Virus record (IMG/VR): IMGVR_UViG_2799112265_000002
Location: 1 to 64,000 of that record
DNA from: a virus
Lineage: Duplodnaviria; Caudoviricetes
DNA length: 64,000 nucleotides
Strand: one strand, 5' to 3'
In this document: positions 19,741 to 30,330 of the stretch, one piece after another
Numbering within the stretch: the first letter of the stretch is position 1
How the letters are laid out: each line of letters opens with the position of its first letter
Made by a program: the position numbers and the translations under genes
Notes under the pieces: generated by a model
The model's input: only the letters and a program-made list of their open reading frames with translations
What the model was told of the DNA's origin: nothing
The model's database searches: none

Positions 19741-22700
19741 CGAAGGAACGGTGGCGGGGCAGGGACCGCTCCTGGGCTGGAACAAGGCCCAGGACGCGAT
19801 CTCTGAACTGGCGAAGAACGTAGACGCCCTGAACAAGGGGCTGAAGTCCGCCACCGACAAGTTGAAGAACTCCAGCTCGGGACAGTTCGTCTCGGGCTGG
19901 AGGAGCGGAGGCTCCGGGTCCACTCAGGGCGCCCGGGGCTTCGGCATGCTCGCCAACGACATCTGGAACAACACCAGCAACTACGCCCACGGCCGGCCCA
20001 ACGGCGGCGCGGACGCCCCTGCCACCGCCCCCGCTGCTCCCGGTACCCCGAGGGCCGGCAGCACTGGACGCTCCTGGGCCCGCACGGCCAACGGTGGCGG
20101 CTCCTCCTTCTCCGGACAGTCCAGCCAGGGCGGCGGGGCGTCCAACAACGGCGGCCAGCAGAACGCGGGCGGCTCCGGCGGGGGCATCAACACCCCGCGC
20201 CTGGGTGGGGGCTCCTCCAACAACGGCGGCCACGCCCCGTACTCCTTCAAGTCCGGCCTCCAGGGCCTGTACGCGTGGTCGACCGGCAAGCTCCACGACC
20301 AGGTCGTGATGCAGACCGCTGCCTACCAGGCATCCATGGGCACGAACGGCGGATGGTCGCCGCTCAAGAACCAGATGACGGTGAAGAACTACACCGCCTA
20401 CAGCACCGCGGACGCCGCACAGGCCTACACCAACCTCGCCTCGTACGGCTCCTCTCCCGGCTCCTCCAACTTCAACACCAACTGGAGCTGGGCCAAGAGC
20501 GCAGGCTTCCTCGACCCCTCGCAGTCCGAGACGCAGCGCACGGCCGGGATGGCTGCTGCCTGGACTCCTGGCGCCTACTACGGCGGCCAGATCATCGGCG
20601 TGCAGACCATCAAGGGCGGCAAGGGCCAGAACCCTCGACAGATCGCCCAGCAGGTGTTCAACCAGTACGGCGGCAAGGACGTCAAGAACCGGGCGCAGCT
20701 CCAGGCGACGTTCATCAATCAGAACTCTCGGGTCAACCAGATGCTGAGGCAGACCCTCGGCAACGATTTGGCCCACCAGGTGCAGATCGAACTCACCGGC
20801 ATGGCGTCCGCTCAACTCGGCGGGGCGTCCTTCAAGGAGTACGACCGGACCATGACGAAGGCCCTCGACGGCGACAACGCCGCCAGGGCCAAGTTGAAGG
20901 ACTGGAAGATCGGCGGTTCCAACGCGCAGGCTCTGCTGGACTACGCCGGAACGAAGCGCAACCAGGACGCCGCCATTAACGACTCCTTCACCTCCGGCTT
21001 GCAGACGTCGGTGAAGTATCTGGACAAGTTCAACACCGTCCTCCAGAAGATCCTCAAGTCCACGGGCGCCGACAGCGTCATCGGCTACACCGGTGGTGTC
21101 ACGTCCATGCTCGGTGGCGCGATCGGTGGCGGCCTGGGCACGCTGGGCATGATGCGCGGCCTGGGCCAGCTCGGCCGTCTCGGTGGCCTCTTCGGCCGCG
21201 GCGGAGGCCTCGGTGGCTTCGGCATGGGCGGTGCCGGCGGTGCTGGCGCTGCCGGTGAAGGCGGCATGATCTCGGCCACGGCGGGCGCGGACGGTGCCTT
21301 CGGTATCACCAGCCTCGGAGAAGGGGCAGCAGCAGCCGGCGGTCTGGGCCTGCTCGGATCTGCTGGAATTATCGGCCTCGGCGGTCTGGCCGGGTGGGGT
21401 ATCCACCACTTCGGCTCGAAGTTGGTCGACAAGTACGTCCACGGCAAGACGGCCAACAAGTGGAGCCACGTCGGCGTGGATGCCGGAGCCGGTGCTGCCG
21501 TGGGAGCCGCGGTCGGCTCGGTCGTCCCTGTCCTCGGCACGGCCATCGGTGCCGGCGTCGGTGGCGCGATCGGCGCGGGCATGGGCATCTACAGCAACTT
21601 CTTCGGCGGTGCCGGTTCAGGCGGCAGCGCGGCTGCGGCTCAGGGCACCGGTAAGTCTGGTGCAGTCGCCACGGGTACGTCCGGCGCAGGCAAGACCGCC
21701 GCGGCCGTCATCAGGGTCGCCATGAAGTACCTCGGTGTGAAGTACGTGTGGGGTGGCAGCACACCCAAGGGCTTCGACTGCTCCGGCCTGATGCAGTGGT
21801 CGTTCAAGCAGATCGGTGTCTCCCTGCCGCGTGTCGCCTCTCAGCAGCAGAAGGCCGGTAAGCCGGTCAAAATGGGCCAGGAGCGGGCGGGCGACCTCAT
21901 GTTCGTCGGTAACCCCGCGCACCACGTCGTGATGTGCATCGGTAACGGCAAGCTGATCGAGGCGCCCCACACAGGCTCCGTGGTCCGCATCCGCTCCTAC
22001 AAGCCGGGCGAGTTCACCAACGCCGTGAGGATCCTGGGCGCGGTCGGCAACATGGGCGACCTCACCAACTCCGACGACGCCTCCAACCAGGCGGGCGGTG
22101 ACACCAACCGGCTGTCCACGATGGGCTTCGGGGGTGACGTCGGCAACTACGGCTCGATCGAGGAGTCCGACGCCATCGCGGCCGGCATCTCCGCGCACGG
22201 TGCTGCCAGCGTCGGCTCCGGCGTGGGTGCAAACCAGTCCTCGGCCAAGGGCAACGGCGACAACGGCGCCGTGCCTGGCTCCATGCCGACCGGAAACCTG
22301 AAGTCGTGGATCAAGTCGGCACTCGGGATCCTTCACCAGGACACCTCGGCCAACGAGCGGTACGTGAACACGATGGCCATGCACGAGTCGTCCGGTAACC
22401 CGCACGCGGTCAACCTCACCGACTCCAACGCCAAGGCGGGGCACCCCTCCAAGGGCATCCTCCAGACCATCGACCCCACGTTCAACGCGTACTCGATCAA
22501 GGGCCACAAGGACATCTGGAACCCCGTCGACAACATCATCGCCGGGGTGCGCTACGCCGAGTCGCGGTACGGCTCGCTGGCCAACGTTCCCGGTATCAAG
22601 TCCATGGCGAACGGCGGCGCGTACAAGGGATACGCGGTCGGCTCGACGAACATCGACGTCGACCAGACGGCCCGCGTCCACAAGGGCGAGATGATCATCC

Positions 22701-22930
22701 CGGCCGCACAGGCCGAGGCCATGCGAAAGGCCCTGGCGAGCAACACCCCGCTGGCCGGCGGGCTTAATACCTCGGCCGCCAAGGCCGCTCAACTCAACTT
22801 CGCCTCCGGTTCCGTCGTGATCCAGGTTCAGGGCGTCATGGACCAGCAGTCCGCCCGGGACGCTGCTCAGCAGTTCATGAACGCGCTGGCCGAGGACAAC
22901 CGGATCAACCTCATCGCGGCAGGTAACTGA
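19733..22930 (+). CDS. Tape measure protein with NlpC/P60 and lytic transglycosylase domains
   Basis: YVWGG..GFDCSGL..HHV (NlpC/P60); HESSGNP..N.TDSNA..G.PSKG.LQ.I.PTF (SLT). Confidence 0.88.
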   Translation: MANEGTVAGQGPLLGWNKAQDAISELAKNVDALNKGLKSATDKLKNSSSGQFVSGWRSGGSGSTQGARGFGMLANDIWNNTSNYAHGRPNGGADAPATAPAAPGTPRAGSTGRSWARTANGGGSSFSGQSSQGGGASNNGGQQNAGGSGGGINTPRLGGGSSNNGGHAPYSFKSGLQGLYAWSTGKLHDQVVMQTAAYQASMGTNGGWSPLKNQMTVKNYTAYSTADAAQAYTNLASYGSSPGSSNFNTNWSWAKSAGFLDPSQSETQRTAGMAAAWTPGAYYGGQIIGVQTIKGGKGQNPRQIAQQVFNQYGGKDVKNRAQLQATFINQNSRVNQMLRQTLGNDLAHQVQIELTGMASAQLGGASFKEYDRTMTKALDGDNAARAKLKDWKIGGSNAQALLDYAGTKRNQDAAINDSFTSGLQTSVKYLDKFNTVLQKILKSTGADSVIGYTGGVTSMLGGAIGGGLGTLGMMRGLGQLGRLGGLFGRGGGLGGFGMGGAGGAGAAGEGGMISATAGADGAFGITSLGEGAAAAGGLGLLGSAGIIGLGGLAGWGIHHFGSKLVDKYVHGKTANKWSHVGVDAGAGAAVGAAVGSVVPVLGTAIGAGVGGAIGAGMGIYSNFFGGAGSGGSAAAAQGTGKSGAVATGTSGAGKTAAAVIRVAMKYLGVKYVWGGSTPKGFDCSGLMQWSFKQIGVSLPRVASQQQKAGKPVKMGQERAGDLMFVGNPAHHVVMCIGNGKLIEAPHTGSVVRIRSYKPGEFTNAVRILGAVGNMGDLTNSDDASNQAGGDTNRLSTMGFGGDVGNYGSIEESDAIAAGISAHGAASVGSGVGANQSSAKGNGDNGAVPGSMPTGNLKSWIKSALGILHQDTSANERYVNTMAMHESSGNPHAVNLTDSNAKAGHPSKGILQTIDPTFNAYSIKGHKDIWNPVDNIIAGVRYAESRYGSLANVPGIKSMANGGAYKGYAVGSTNIDVDQTARVHKGEMIIPAAQAEAMRKALASNTPLAGGLNTSAAKAAQLNFASGSVVIQVQGVMDQQSARDAAQQFMNALAEDNRINLIAAGN

Positions 22931-23748
22931 TGGCAAGCAAGATCGTAGACAACGGAGAGTTCGATCCCCGGATCACCAGCATCCCAACGTGGATGTACTC
23001 GCCCTACGCCACGGACAAGCACGGGAACGGCACCGGCACCAGCACCACGTACAACGCTTCCCTGTCCCGCGGATGGATCATCACTGACAAGGCGATCAAG
23101 GGGACGAAGTACAGGTGCAACTTCCTGTACAACCCGAGCGTCGTCACGCTGACGCACTCCATCAACACCAACGTCCTCGCGGACCAGAATTCCCTCGACC
23201 CCAACGACGTGTCGGCGAGCAAGGCGATCCTGCCGCTGTCGCAGACGGTCCAGTTCGACCTGCTCTTCGACCGCACCTACGAACTGTGGGACTCCTCGCA
23301 GGTTGCCCACTCGTACGACGTCGCCACGATGGGCGTCGCCTACGACGTGCTGGCCCTGTACAAAATCACCGGTATCGCCTCCAACATCAACGTCCCCGAC
23401 GGGGACTCAAGCACCAAGCTGTCGGACACCGACCTGTCCTACACCAAGGGCGCGTTCACCAACGGCGCGTCCGGCCCGATGCTGTGGGTGCCGGTCAACG
23501 TGGTCTTCGGCGACTACCTCGACTACTACGGCGTCATCCAGGAGTTGGACGTCCAGTACACCCACTGGTCCTCGTCGATGATCCCGGTCCGCTGCCAGGT
23601 CAGCATCACCATGCAGTTGCTCCCGCGGAACACCTCCAAGAGCGACGGCCGCACCCACTCCACCGGCAAGCTGCCGGGGCTGCCGGACTACAAGAACCCC
23701 AGCATCCTCAACCCTCAGAACAACAAGAGCGGAAAGGCCGGACGGTGA
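22930..23748 (+). CDS. Baseplate tube-initiator-like protein
   Basis: FLYNP, LLFDRT and YTHW..MIP.RC motifs; synteny. Confidence 0.65.
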   Translation: MASKIVDNGEFDPRITSIPTWMYSPYATDKHGNGTGTSTTYNASLSRGWIITDKAIKGTKYRCNFLYNPSVVTLTHSINTNVLADQNSLDPNDVSASKAILPLSQTVQFDLLFDRTYELWDSSQVAHSYDVATMGVAYDVLALYKITGIASNINVPDGDSSTKLSDTDLSYTKGAFTNGASGPMLWVPVNVVFGDYLDYYGVIQELDVQYTHWSSSMIPVRCQVSITMQLLPRNTSKSDGRTHSTGKLPGLPDYKNPSILNPQNNKSGKAGR

Positions 23749-24020
23749 CGATCTCCGCGAACTCGCGCTACAAGGACTCCAACCTCGCGCTGGTCGCGTC
23801 CGCGCGGGGCACCAACCTGACCGTCGTACCCAGCCGGCAGCAGGAGTGGGCGTTCCAGTTCACCTACCACCTGGTGACCTCGTCGGACCGCATCGACCTG
23901 CTCGCCGAGCACTACTACGGCGACCCGCTGCTGTGGTGGAGCATCGCCGACGCCAACCCGGAAATCCTCTCTTGGACCGTCCTGACCCCGGGCCAGATCA
24001 TCAGGATCCCCAATGTCTGA
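23745..24020 (+). CDS. LysM-like baseplate protein (tail protein X-like)
   Basis: DRIDLLAEHYYGDPLLWWSIADANP...PGQIIRIP. Confidence 0.85.
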   Translation: MTISANSRYKDSNLALVASARGTNLTVVPSRQQEWAFQFTYHLVTSSDRIDLLAEHYYGDPLLWWSIADANPEILSWTVLTPGQIIRIPNV

Positions 24021-25164
24021 GCAGCTACCTGTCACCCGGCTGCTCATGGGGACGGGCAACGTCACTGGCTACATCGCCCGCGTCGAGATACGCGAGGGCT
24101 TCGGTGTGCACTCGATGGCCCTCATAGATGTTTCCTCCGCACCGACTTCGAGGAAGCCCTACGCAGAGCTGACCCCAGTCACGCTCGACTACGGACGCGC
24201 ACCCGCCGACCTGGTGCGCTGGAACGGGTACGTGCACCACTCCAGCGAGATCGCCTCAGCCGACACCCAGCACGTGGTGGTCCGATACGTCTGCATCGGT
24301 ACCGCCTTGCCGATGAACACCCAGCGTACGAGGAGCTGGAAGAACGTCTCACCCACGTCGATCGTGCGGCAGGTGGGCCGGGAGAATGGCCTGCGCACCA
24401 TCATCTCCCCGTCTGCCCGGCGCCTGACCTACTGGGCGCAGGCGGGCCAGTCCGATTTCAAACTGGTCAACGACCTCGCGGCCGAGACTGGCTACCGTTT
24501 CTGGGTCGAGGGCACCACCCTGTATTTCCTGGACCCACGCATTCTCCTACTCGGACAGCAGTCCCAGGACATCCCGGTGTTCAGCAAGAACCAGCAGCCC
24601 GGCATACAGGACAGCCTCCAAAGCCTTTCCATTCTCACGGGCACGATGATCCCCCGCAGCAACGGGACGACCGGCACCTCCGCTATTTCTGGACTCGACG
24701 CCAAGACTGGCAAGGTCCTCAAAGCCTCGTCCGCGGCGGACGCCGGCACGGCCCCGTTCCTCAACCACATCACGACCTCGCGTGCCGTGGACAACTACGC
24801 CGATGCGCAGGCACTCATGGAGGCCCGCACCCTGGCCTCCCGCGGCTGGATCACCATGCAGGCCACCCTGTACGGGACTGCGAAGATCGCCCCGGGAACT
24901 CTGGTCGGTATCGGTGGAAATTCCGTTTCCGCTGACAACAAGGGCCGGTGGATGGTGACGAACACAAAGCACCTCATCAACCGCGACAAGAAGAACGCCG
25001 GCTGGATATTCACCACGACCGTGGATGCGGAAAGGGACCAACCCTACGCGGTAACATTCCGGAGCGATGCGAACAAACGATTCAAGTTCGACACCGTGCC
25101 CGCCGTACTGAGAAACGGGCAGTTCTGGGAATCATCTCTTCTGGAGGACATCAATGTCGGCTGA
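24013..25164 (+). CDS. Baseplate hub (gpD/gp27/VgrG-like)
   Basis: QAGQSDFKLVNDLA.ETGY.F motif; synteny. Confidence 0.8.
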   Translation: MSEQLPVTRLLMGTGNVTGYIARVEIREGFGVHSMALIDVSSAPTSRKPYAELTPVTLDYGRAPADLVRWNGYVHHSSEIASADTQHVVVRYVCIGTALPMNTQRTRSWKNVSPTSIVRQVGRENGLRTIISPSARRLTYWAQAGQSDFKLVNDLAAETGYRFWVEGTTLYFLDPRILLLGQQSQDIPVFSKNQQPGIQDSLQSLSILTGTMIPRSNGTTGTSAISGLDAKTGKVLKASSAADAGTAPFLNHITTSRAVDNYADAQALMEARTLASRGWITMQATLYGTAKIAPGTLVGIGGNSVSADNKGRWMVTNTKHLINRDKKNAGWIFTTTVDAERDQPYAVTFRSDANKRFKFDTVPAVLRNGQFWESSLLEDINVG

Positions 25165-28100
25165 TCCGGTACTCGGAATGTACCGGGGTAGCGTTGCCAA
25201 CAATCAGGACCCACTGAACGAGGCCCGCGTCACCCTGCTCATTCCCCAGGTCCTCGGAAATGCAGAGAGCGCCTGGGCCGTACCTGCATCCCCGACCAAC
25301 ACCATCCCACCGGTCGGGCAGACGCTGTGGGTGCAGTTCTCCGGCGGCGACATCACTAAGCCTGTCTACAGCCCGCTCGGCATCAAGGACGTCCAGGACC
25401 AGGTCGACCAGATCGGTACCGGGGGTGATTCCCTGGACGCACTGCCGCCCAAGGAGCCGACCGCGCTGACCCTGACCACGGTGCAGTACGTCACCGACGA
25501 GGGCGCCACCCAGGCCCGCGTGACGGCGAGCTGGACCCCGCCCACGGAGAACCAGGACGGCACCAGCCTCGTCGACCTCTCGCACTACCTGTTGCAGACG
25601 TCCTACGACAACAGCAACTGGTCCGGGGGCTGGGTCACCACCGAGGACCTGGTCCTCCTCGACGGGCTTAATACCGGCGTCACCTTCTACGTGAGGGTGG
25701 CGGCCATCGACACCAGCAACAACACCTCCCTGTGGGCCACCTCCAACATCACCACGGCGTCCGCGTCCACCCCGCCTCCGGTGCCCTCTGCCCCGGGGGT
25801 CGTCGGCGTGCTCGGGGGCCTGCGCGTCACCTGGGACGGCCTGGACTCCACCGGCACCGCCATGCCTGCGATCTTCTCCCACGTGCAGGTGCAGCGGGAC
25901 ACCACCTCGAACTTCTCCAACCCGGTCGTCGTCGGCACCCTGCCCGGCCCGGACTTCCTGTACGACCCCATCCAGAACTACGCCAGCGCCTACTACTACC
26001 GGCTGGTCGCCTACTCCAAGGTCGGCATCGCCTCGGCCCCGTCCGCCTCGAACAGCGACACGCCCAAGCAGGCCGTCGCCCAGGACATCCTCGACGCCTC
26101 CCTGACGTCCGCGAAGATCGCCGTCGGTGCCATTGACTCAACCAAGCTGGCCGCAGGCGCGGTCGACACACAGGCGGTGGCAGACGGAGCCATCGCTGCC
26201 GGCAAGCTGGCTGCCCAGGCCGTCGCCACCACCAACATCGCTGATGGCGCCGTCACCGGCACCCAGCTCGCGGACGCCACGATCGGCTCCGCGAAGATCA
26301 TCAACGGCGCTATCGGCACTGCCCAGATCGCTGACGCGGCGATCAACAACGCGAAGATCTCCGACCTGGACGCAGGCAAGATCAACGTCGGCACGCTCAA
26401 CGCCGCCCGGATCGCGGCCGGCTCGCTGGACGCTTCGAAGATCACCTCCGGGACGGTGACCTCCACCCAGATCCAGGCCGGGTCCATCACCGGAGACCGG
26501 CTGGCCGCGAACACCGTCACAGCCAACCAGATCGCCGCGAACACCATCACAGCCAACCAGATGGCGGCCGGGACGATCACCGCTCAGTCCGGCGTCATCG
26601 CATCCATCGACGCGTCCAAGATCACGGTCGGGAAGGTCAGCGCCTCCCAGATCGACGCAACCAACCTCGTGGTCTCCGGCGCGAACGTCTCCGGGCAGGT
26701 CTCCTCCGCAGCCACGGCCGGCTCCGCGACGACGGCAGGTTCGGCGTCCTCGGCGACCACGGTCACCGGCTCCATCGGCGCGGGCGTCAGCATCCCGGCC
26801 AACCAGTTGAACAACGGCACCATCCCGACCACCACGACGATCAACGGCGGCTCGATCACCACCGGCACTATCAGCGCATCCGTGATCGGGGCCCGGTCCA
26901 TCACGACGGACAAGATGGTCATCGGCGATACCTCGAACATCCTCCTGGACCCCCAGTTCACGCAGAACAGCACCTCCTGGAACTGGAACTCCAACATCGT
27001 CCGGACGGTCGCCAGCGACCCCAGCGTGCCCACGGGCGCCCCGGCCGCGTACGTCGCCAAGATCGCTAACCAGACCAACTCCAACACCGACCTCACGTGG
27101 AAGCACACGACCACCACGACGACCGGCATGCCGGTAACCCCTGGGGAGTCGTACTACGTGGAGGCGTGGGTCGCGGCCTCTCCCGACTGCAATGCCAACC
27201 TGCGGTTCTTCCTCACCGTCTGGGATGCCAACGGCGCCAATGTCACCTGGCCGAGCGTGGGCACCACCCTGCCGTCGGCAGCGCAGACCTGGACGAAGAT
27301 CTCCGGCCAGATCACCATCCCGGCCGGTAAGTACCTGGCGACCTTCGGTATCGGCTCCACCCTGACCTCTCCCACGACGGCCGCAGGTTCCTGGTTCGTC
27401 ACCAACGTCAAGATGCGTAAGGCCATCGACAACGCGCTGGTGGTCGCGGGCACCCTCACCGCCGACAAGATCTCCGCAGGCGCCCTGACCGTCGACAAAC
27501 TCAGTGCCGGCCTCCAGGCCACCGTCGGCCAGAAGTTCTACGACTTCGGACTGGACGCCAGCAAGTGGAGCAACGGCTCCACCGGCACCATGACCACGGT
27601 CAGCGTGCCCGACGCAGCGTCCGGCGGCTACGTCATGCGGTGCACCGGGTACGTCAGCGGCGCCTACCGGCCGGACATCCTCATACCCTTCGACCCGGGC
27701 GTCACCTACCGCGTCACCGCACGCATCCGGCAGACCGTCGCCAACTCCGTCCCGGGCACCAACCAGAACGTCTACGTCGGCGTCACCGGCATCGCAGCCG
27801 ACGGCGTGACCTTGGTCAACACCGCCGGATCAAACTCGCGCTCCAGCCAGGCGTACTGCGCCGCCAAATCCGTCTGGCAGACCACAGGCGGCGGGTGGAC
27901 GGTGTACACCGGCTACATCAAGGGCACGGCCTCGACCGGCGACCCAGGCCCCAACACCAGCCCGACCAGTCCGATGCGCCTGCACCAGAACGTCCGGTAC
28001 ATCAGCCCCTCCCTGTACGTGAACAACTCCGGTGGTGACGGCACGGCCGAGGTCGACATGTTCACCATCGAGGTCGTCGAGACCGGCCAGGTCAACTCGG

Positions 28101-29965
28101 CCAACATCAACCTGGGCAACGTCAACGCCTCGCACCTGTCCCTGGGCACCGTCACCGGCAACCTCGTCACCAACCCCGGCTTCGAGGACAACTCCCTCGT
28201 CGGCTGGACGACCTCCTCCAGCGGCAGCCCCAACACCGCCAAGATCGAGATCGGTGCGGGCACTTCGCCGGCACGCTCCGGCCAGGGCAAGGCGTCCTTG
28301 GGCGCGGTGAACACGGGCTGGGCGAAGATCCTCAGCGCCCCGTTCCCCGTGGTCGCCGGAGCCACCTACATGTTCCGCTACTGGTACTACGGCTCGGGCG
28401 GCCTCCAGGCCACCTTCGAGACCAGCCCGGACCAGGTCACCTGGACCGACCAGATGGCCGGAGCCAACAACAAGTCCACCAACAACACCACCGGGTACTC
28501 CGAGGACATCTTCGAGATGACCGCGCCGACGGGAGCGCTGTGGGGACGTGTGTCCTTCTCGAACAACTCCCCGGGCACCGCCACCGGGCTCGACACCACA
28601 AGCACCTGGTGGCTGTGCATCGACGACGTCCTGGTCATGCGCGAGGGCTACGGAGCGACCGACATCTCCGCAGCCGGCGTCCGCCTGTACGGCCCGGACG
28701 GCACCCTGAACACCGAACTGACCACGGCCAACGCCTACGCCACCTTCGCGGGCGGCAAGGCGTCTATCGACCCCAACGGTGTCGGCACGTTCAACTCCCT
28801 GTGGACCCCGCAGCGCCCGGCCGGAGCGTCCAGTGACGACCCGACTGGCCAGTTCTGGTACCAGGGGCAGGAACTGTCGAACCTGCTGTGGAACATGCCG
28901 TGGGGCATGGTCACCTATGAGCGGGGCTGGACGAACAAGCCGACCTCGTCGACCTACTACACCACGGACACCGGCCTGATCGAGCTGGCCTTCACGGCCG
29001 TCGAGGGCCGCATGTACCGCATCGTGGCCCGCTCCCAGTTCGACTTCAACGGCGGCACAGGCAACCAGGTCCTGGAGAACCGCATCGCTGTGGCGGCCAC
29101 GGCCACGTCCCTCAACGGGTGCACCGTATGGAGCCCGACCGGCGCCAGCCCCCAGACCACGGACCCGATCATGGCCCGCTGTTTCGGCATGTACTACGAC
29201 GGTGGCGGTACGGACGGCACCACCGTGGTGGAGGGCCTGATCGTCTGCTCCTCCGACGGTGGAGGCAACTACGGTGCCACCACCTGCCTGGCGCCGGGCG
29301 ACCACCGGATCCTGTGGATCGCTGCGAAGCACGCCGGCAACGCCACCGGCTGGGGCCTGCGGAACTACTCCCCGGCGCAGTCCTCGGACTTCTACGTCGA
29401 GGACATCGGGCCGGCCGTGCACGAGGGCGGCGTCTACAACACGGGTGGCGCCGCGGTGACGGCGACGAAGACGTACACCAAGACGTACAACGCGGTGTGG
29501 TCGCGCCGGTTCGGTAACGCGGGCTACACCGACGGCTCCATGTACCAGGGCTACTACTCCAGCACCTGGGGCCAGCAGAAGTCGATGGTGTACTTCGGCA
29601 CGCAGCCGTACACCGACATGGGCTCCACCGCGAAGGTCTCCAAGGTCGAGGTCTACCTGTACGCGAACCACTGGTACTACAACGCGGGCGGCACCGCGCA
29701 TATCGGTGTCTTCACCAACACGTCCGAGCCGACGGGTTTCGCGGGTGTGGGCGGCATAAACCAGACGGTTTCTTCCTGGCCGGTCGGCGCGGGAAAGTGG
29801 GTGACGCTGCCGTCCTCATGGAATTCCAGTTGGAACGCGGGCACCCCCTATCGTGGAATTACGCTCGGCGGAGACCTGTCCACAACCGACAAGACCTACT
29901 ACGGCATCTTCGATGGTGTCGGCGACACCCACCCGCCCCAGTTGAGAATCACGTACACCAAGTAG
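25154..29965 (+). CDS. Baseplate spike (gp5/gpV OB-fold) fused to FN3, repeat stalk and carbohydrate-binding-like domains
   Basis: N-terminal YRGSV.NN.DP...RV..IPQV...WA.P...P.VG..WVQF.GGD..P; FN3-like repeats; 10-residue I..KI repeats; NPGFE CBM-like domains. Confidence 0.8.
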   Translation: MSADPVLGMYRGSVANNQDPLNEARVTLLIPQVLGNAESAWAVPASPTNTIPPVGQTLWVQFSGGDITKPVYSPLGIKDVQDQVDQIGTGGDSLDALPPKEPTALTLTTVQYVTDEGATQARVTASWTPPTENQDGTSLVDLSHYLLQTSYDNSNWSGGWVTTEDLVLLDGLNTGVTFYVRVAAIDTSNNTSLWATSNITTASASTPPPVPSAPGVVGVLGGLRVTWDGLDSTGTAMPAIFSHVQVQRDTTSNFSNPVVVGTLPGPDFLYDPIQNYASAYYYRLVAYSKVGIASAPSASNSDTPKQAVAQDILDASLTSAKIAVGAIDSTKLAAGAVDTQAVADGAIAAGKLAAQAVATTNIADGAVTGTQLADATIGSAKIINGAIGTAQIADAAINNAKISDLDAGKINVGTLNAARIAAGSLDASKITSGTVTSTQIQAGSITGDRLAANTVTANQIAANTITANQMAAGTITAQSGVIASIDASKITVGKVSASQIDATNLVVSGANVSGQVSSAATAGSATTAGSASSATTVTGSIGAGVSIPANQLNNGTIPTTTTINGGSITTGTISASVIGARSITTDKMVIGDTSNILLDPQFTQNSTSWNWNSNIVRTVASDPSVPTGAPAAYVAKIANQTNSNTDLTWKHTTTTTTGMPVTPGESYYVEAWVAASPDCNANLRFFLTVWDANGANVTWPSVGTTLPSAAQTWTKISGQITIPAGKYLATFGIGSTLTSPTTAAGSWFVTNVKMRKAIDNALVVAGTLTADKISAGALTVDKLSAGLQATVGQKFYDFGLDASKWSNGSTGTMTTVSVPDAASGGYVMRCTGYVSGAYRPDILIPFDPGVTYRVTARIRQTVANSVPGTNQNVYVGVTGIAADGVTLVNTAGSNSRSSQAYCAAKSVWQTTGGGWTVYTGYIKGTASTGDPGPNTSPTSPMRLHQNVRYISPSLYVNNSGGDGTAEVDMFTIEVVETGQVNSANINLGNVNASHLSLGTVTGNLVTNPGFEDNSLVGWTTSSSGSPNTAKIEIGAGTSPARSGQGKASLGAVNTGWAKILSAPFPVVAGATYMFRYWYYGSGGLQATFETSPDQVTWTDQMAGANNKSTNNTTGYSEDIFEMTAPTGALWGRVSFSNNSPGTATGLDTTSTWWLCIDDVLVMREGYGATDISAAGVRLYGPDGTLNTELTTANAYATFAGGKASIDPNGVGTFNSLWTPQRPAGASSDDPTGQFWYQGQELSNLLWNMPWGMVTYERGWTNKPTSSTYYTTDTGLIELAFTAVEGRMYRIVARSQFDFNGGTGNQVLENRIAVAATATSLNGCTVWSPTGASPQTTDPIMARCFGMYYDGGGTDGTTVVEGLIVCSSDGGGNYGATTCLAPGDHRILWIAAKHAGNATGWGLRNYSPAQSSDFYVEDIGPAVHEGGVYNTGGAAVTATKTYTKTYNAVWSRRFGNAGYTDGSMYQGYYSSTWGQQKSMVYFGTQPYTDMGSTAKVSKVEVYLYANHWYYNAGGTAHIGVFTNTSEPTGFAGVGGINQTVSSWPVGAGKWVTLPSSWNSSWNAGTPYRGITLGGDLSTTDKTYYGIFDGVGDTHPPQLRITYTK

Positions 29966-29980
29966 CGAGGACGTAACTTA

Positions 29981-30280
29981 ATGGCTGACATCACCGTCTC
30001 CATTCCCGACGACGTGTGGCCCCGTGTTGCTGCCGCGTTCCACGGCACCTGGCCGGACACGCAGATGTCGGACGAGGACATCGTCACGATGTCGCTGAAG
30101 GTGTACGTACGCGACACCTGGGTCAGTGCCGAGCAGGCCGCCAACCAGAACGCTGCCGTCGGCCGCTACAACCAGGCCGCCCAGGACTACAACACGGCGC
30201 GGCAGGCAGTCGACGCCGACATCGCTGCCGAGAACGAGCAGGTCCTCGCCGATTCCCAGGCGGCGTTCCCCGGCATCTGA
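29981..30280 (+). CDS. Hypothetical protein (possible fibre chaperone)
   Basis: RBS and position. Confidence 0.65.
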   Translation: MADITVSIPDDVWPRVAAAFHGTWPDTQMSDEDIVTMSLKVYVRDTWVSAEQAANQNAAVGRYNQAAQDYNTARQAVDADIAAENEQVLADSQAAFPGI

Positions 30281-30330
30281 CGCAGAACAGTAAGTGCAAT
30301 CTCGGTAGGCATTCCTGGGACAATGCAAGC

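Noticed and set aside
26080-26920. 30-bp periodicity in the spike gene
   Set aside because: Protein-level 10-residue stalk repeats; no reverse transcriptase or template/variable repeat pair suggesting a DGR
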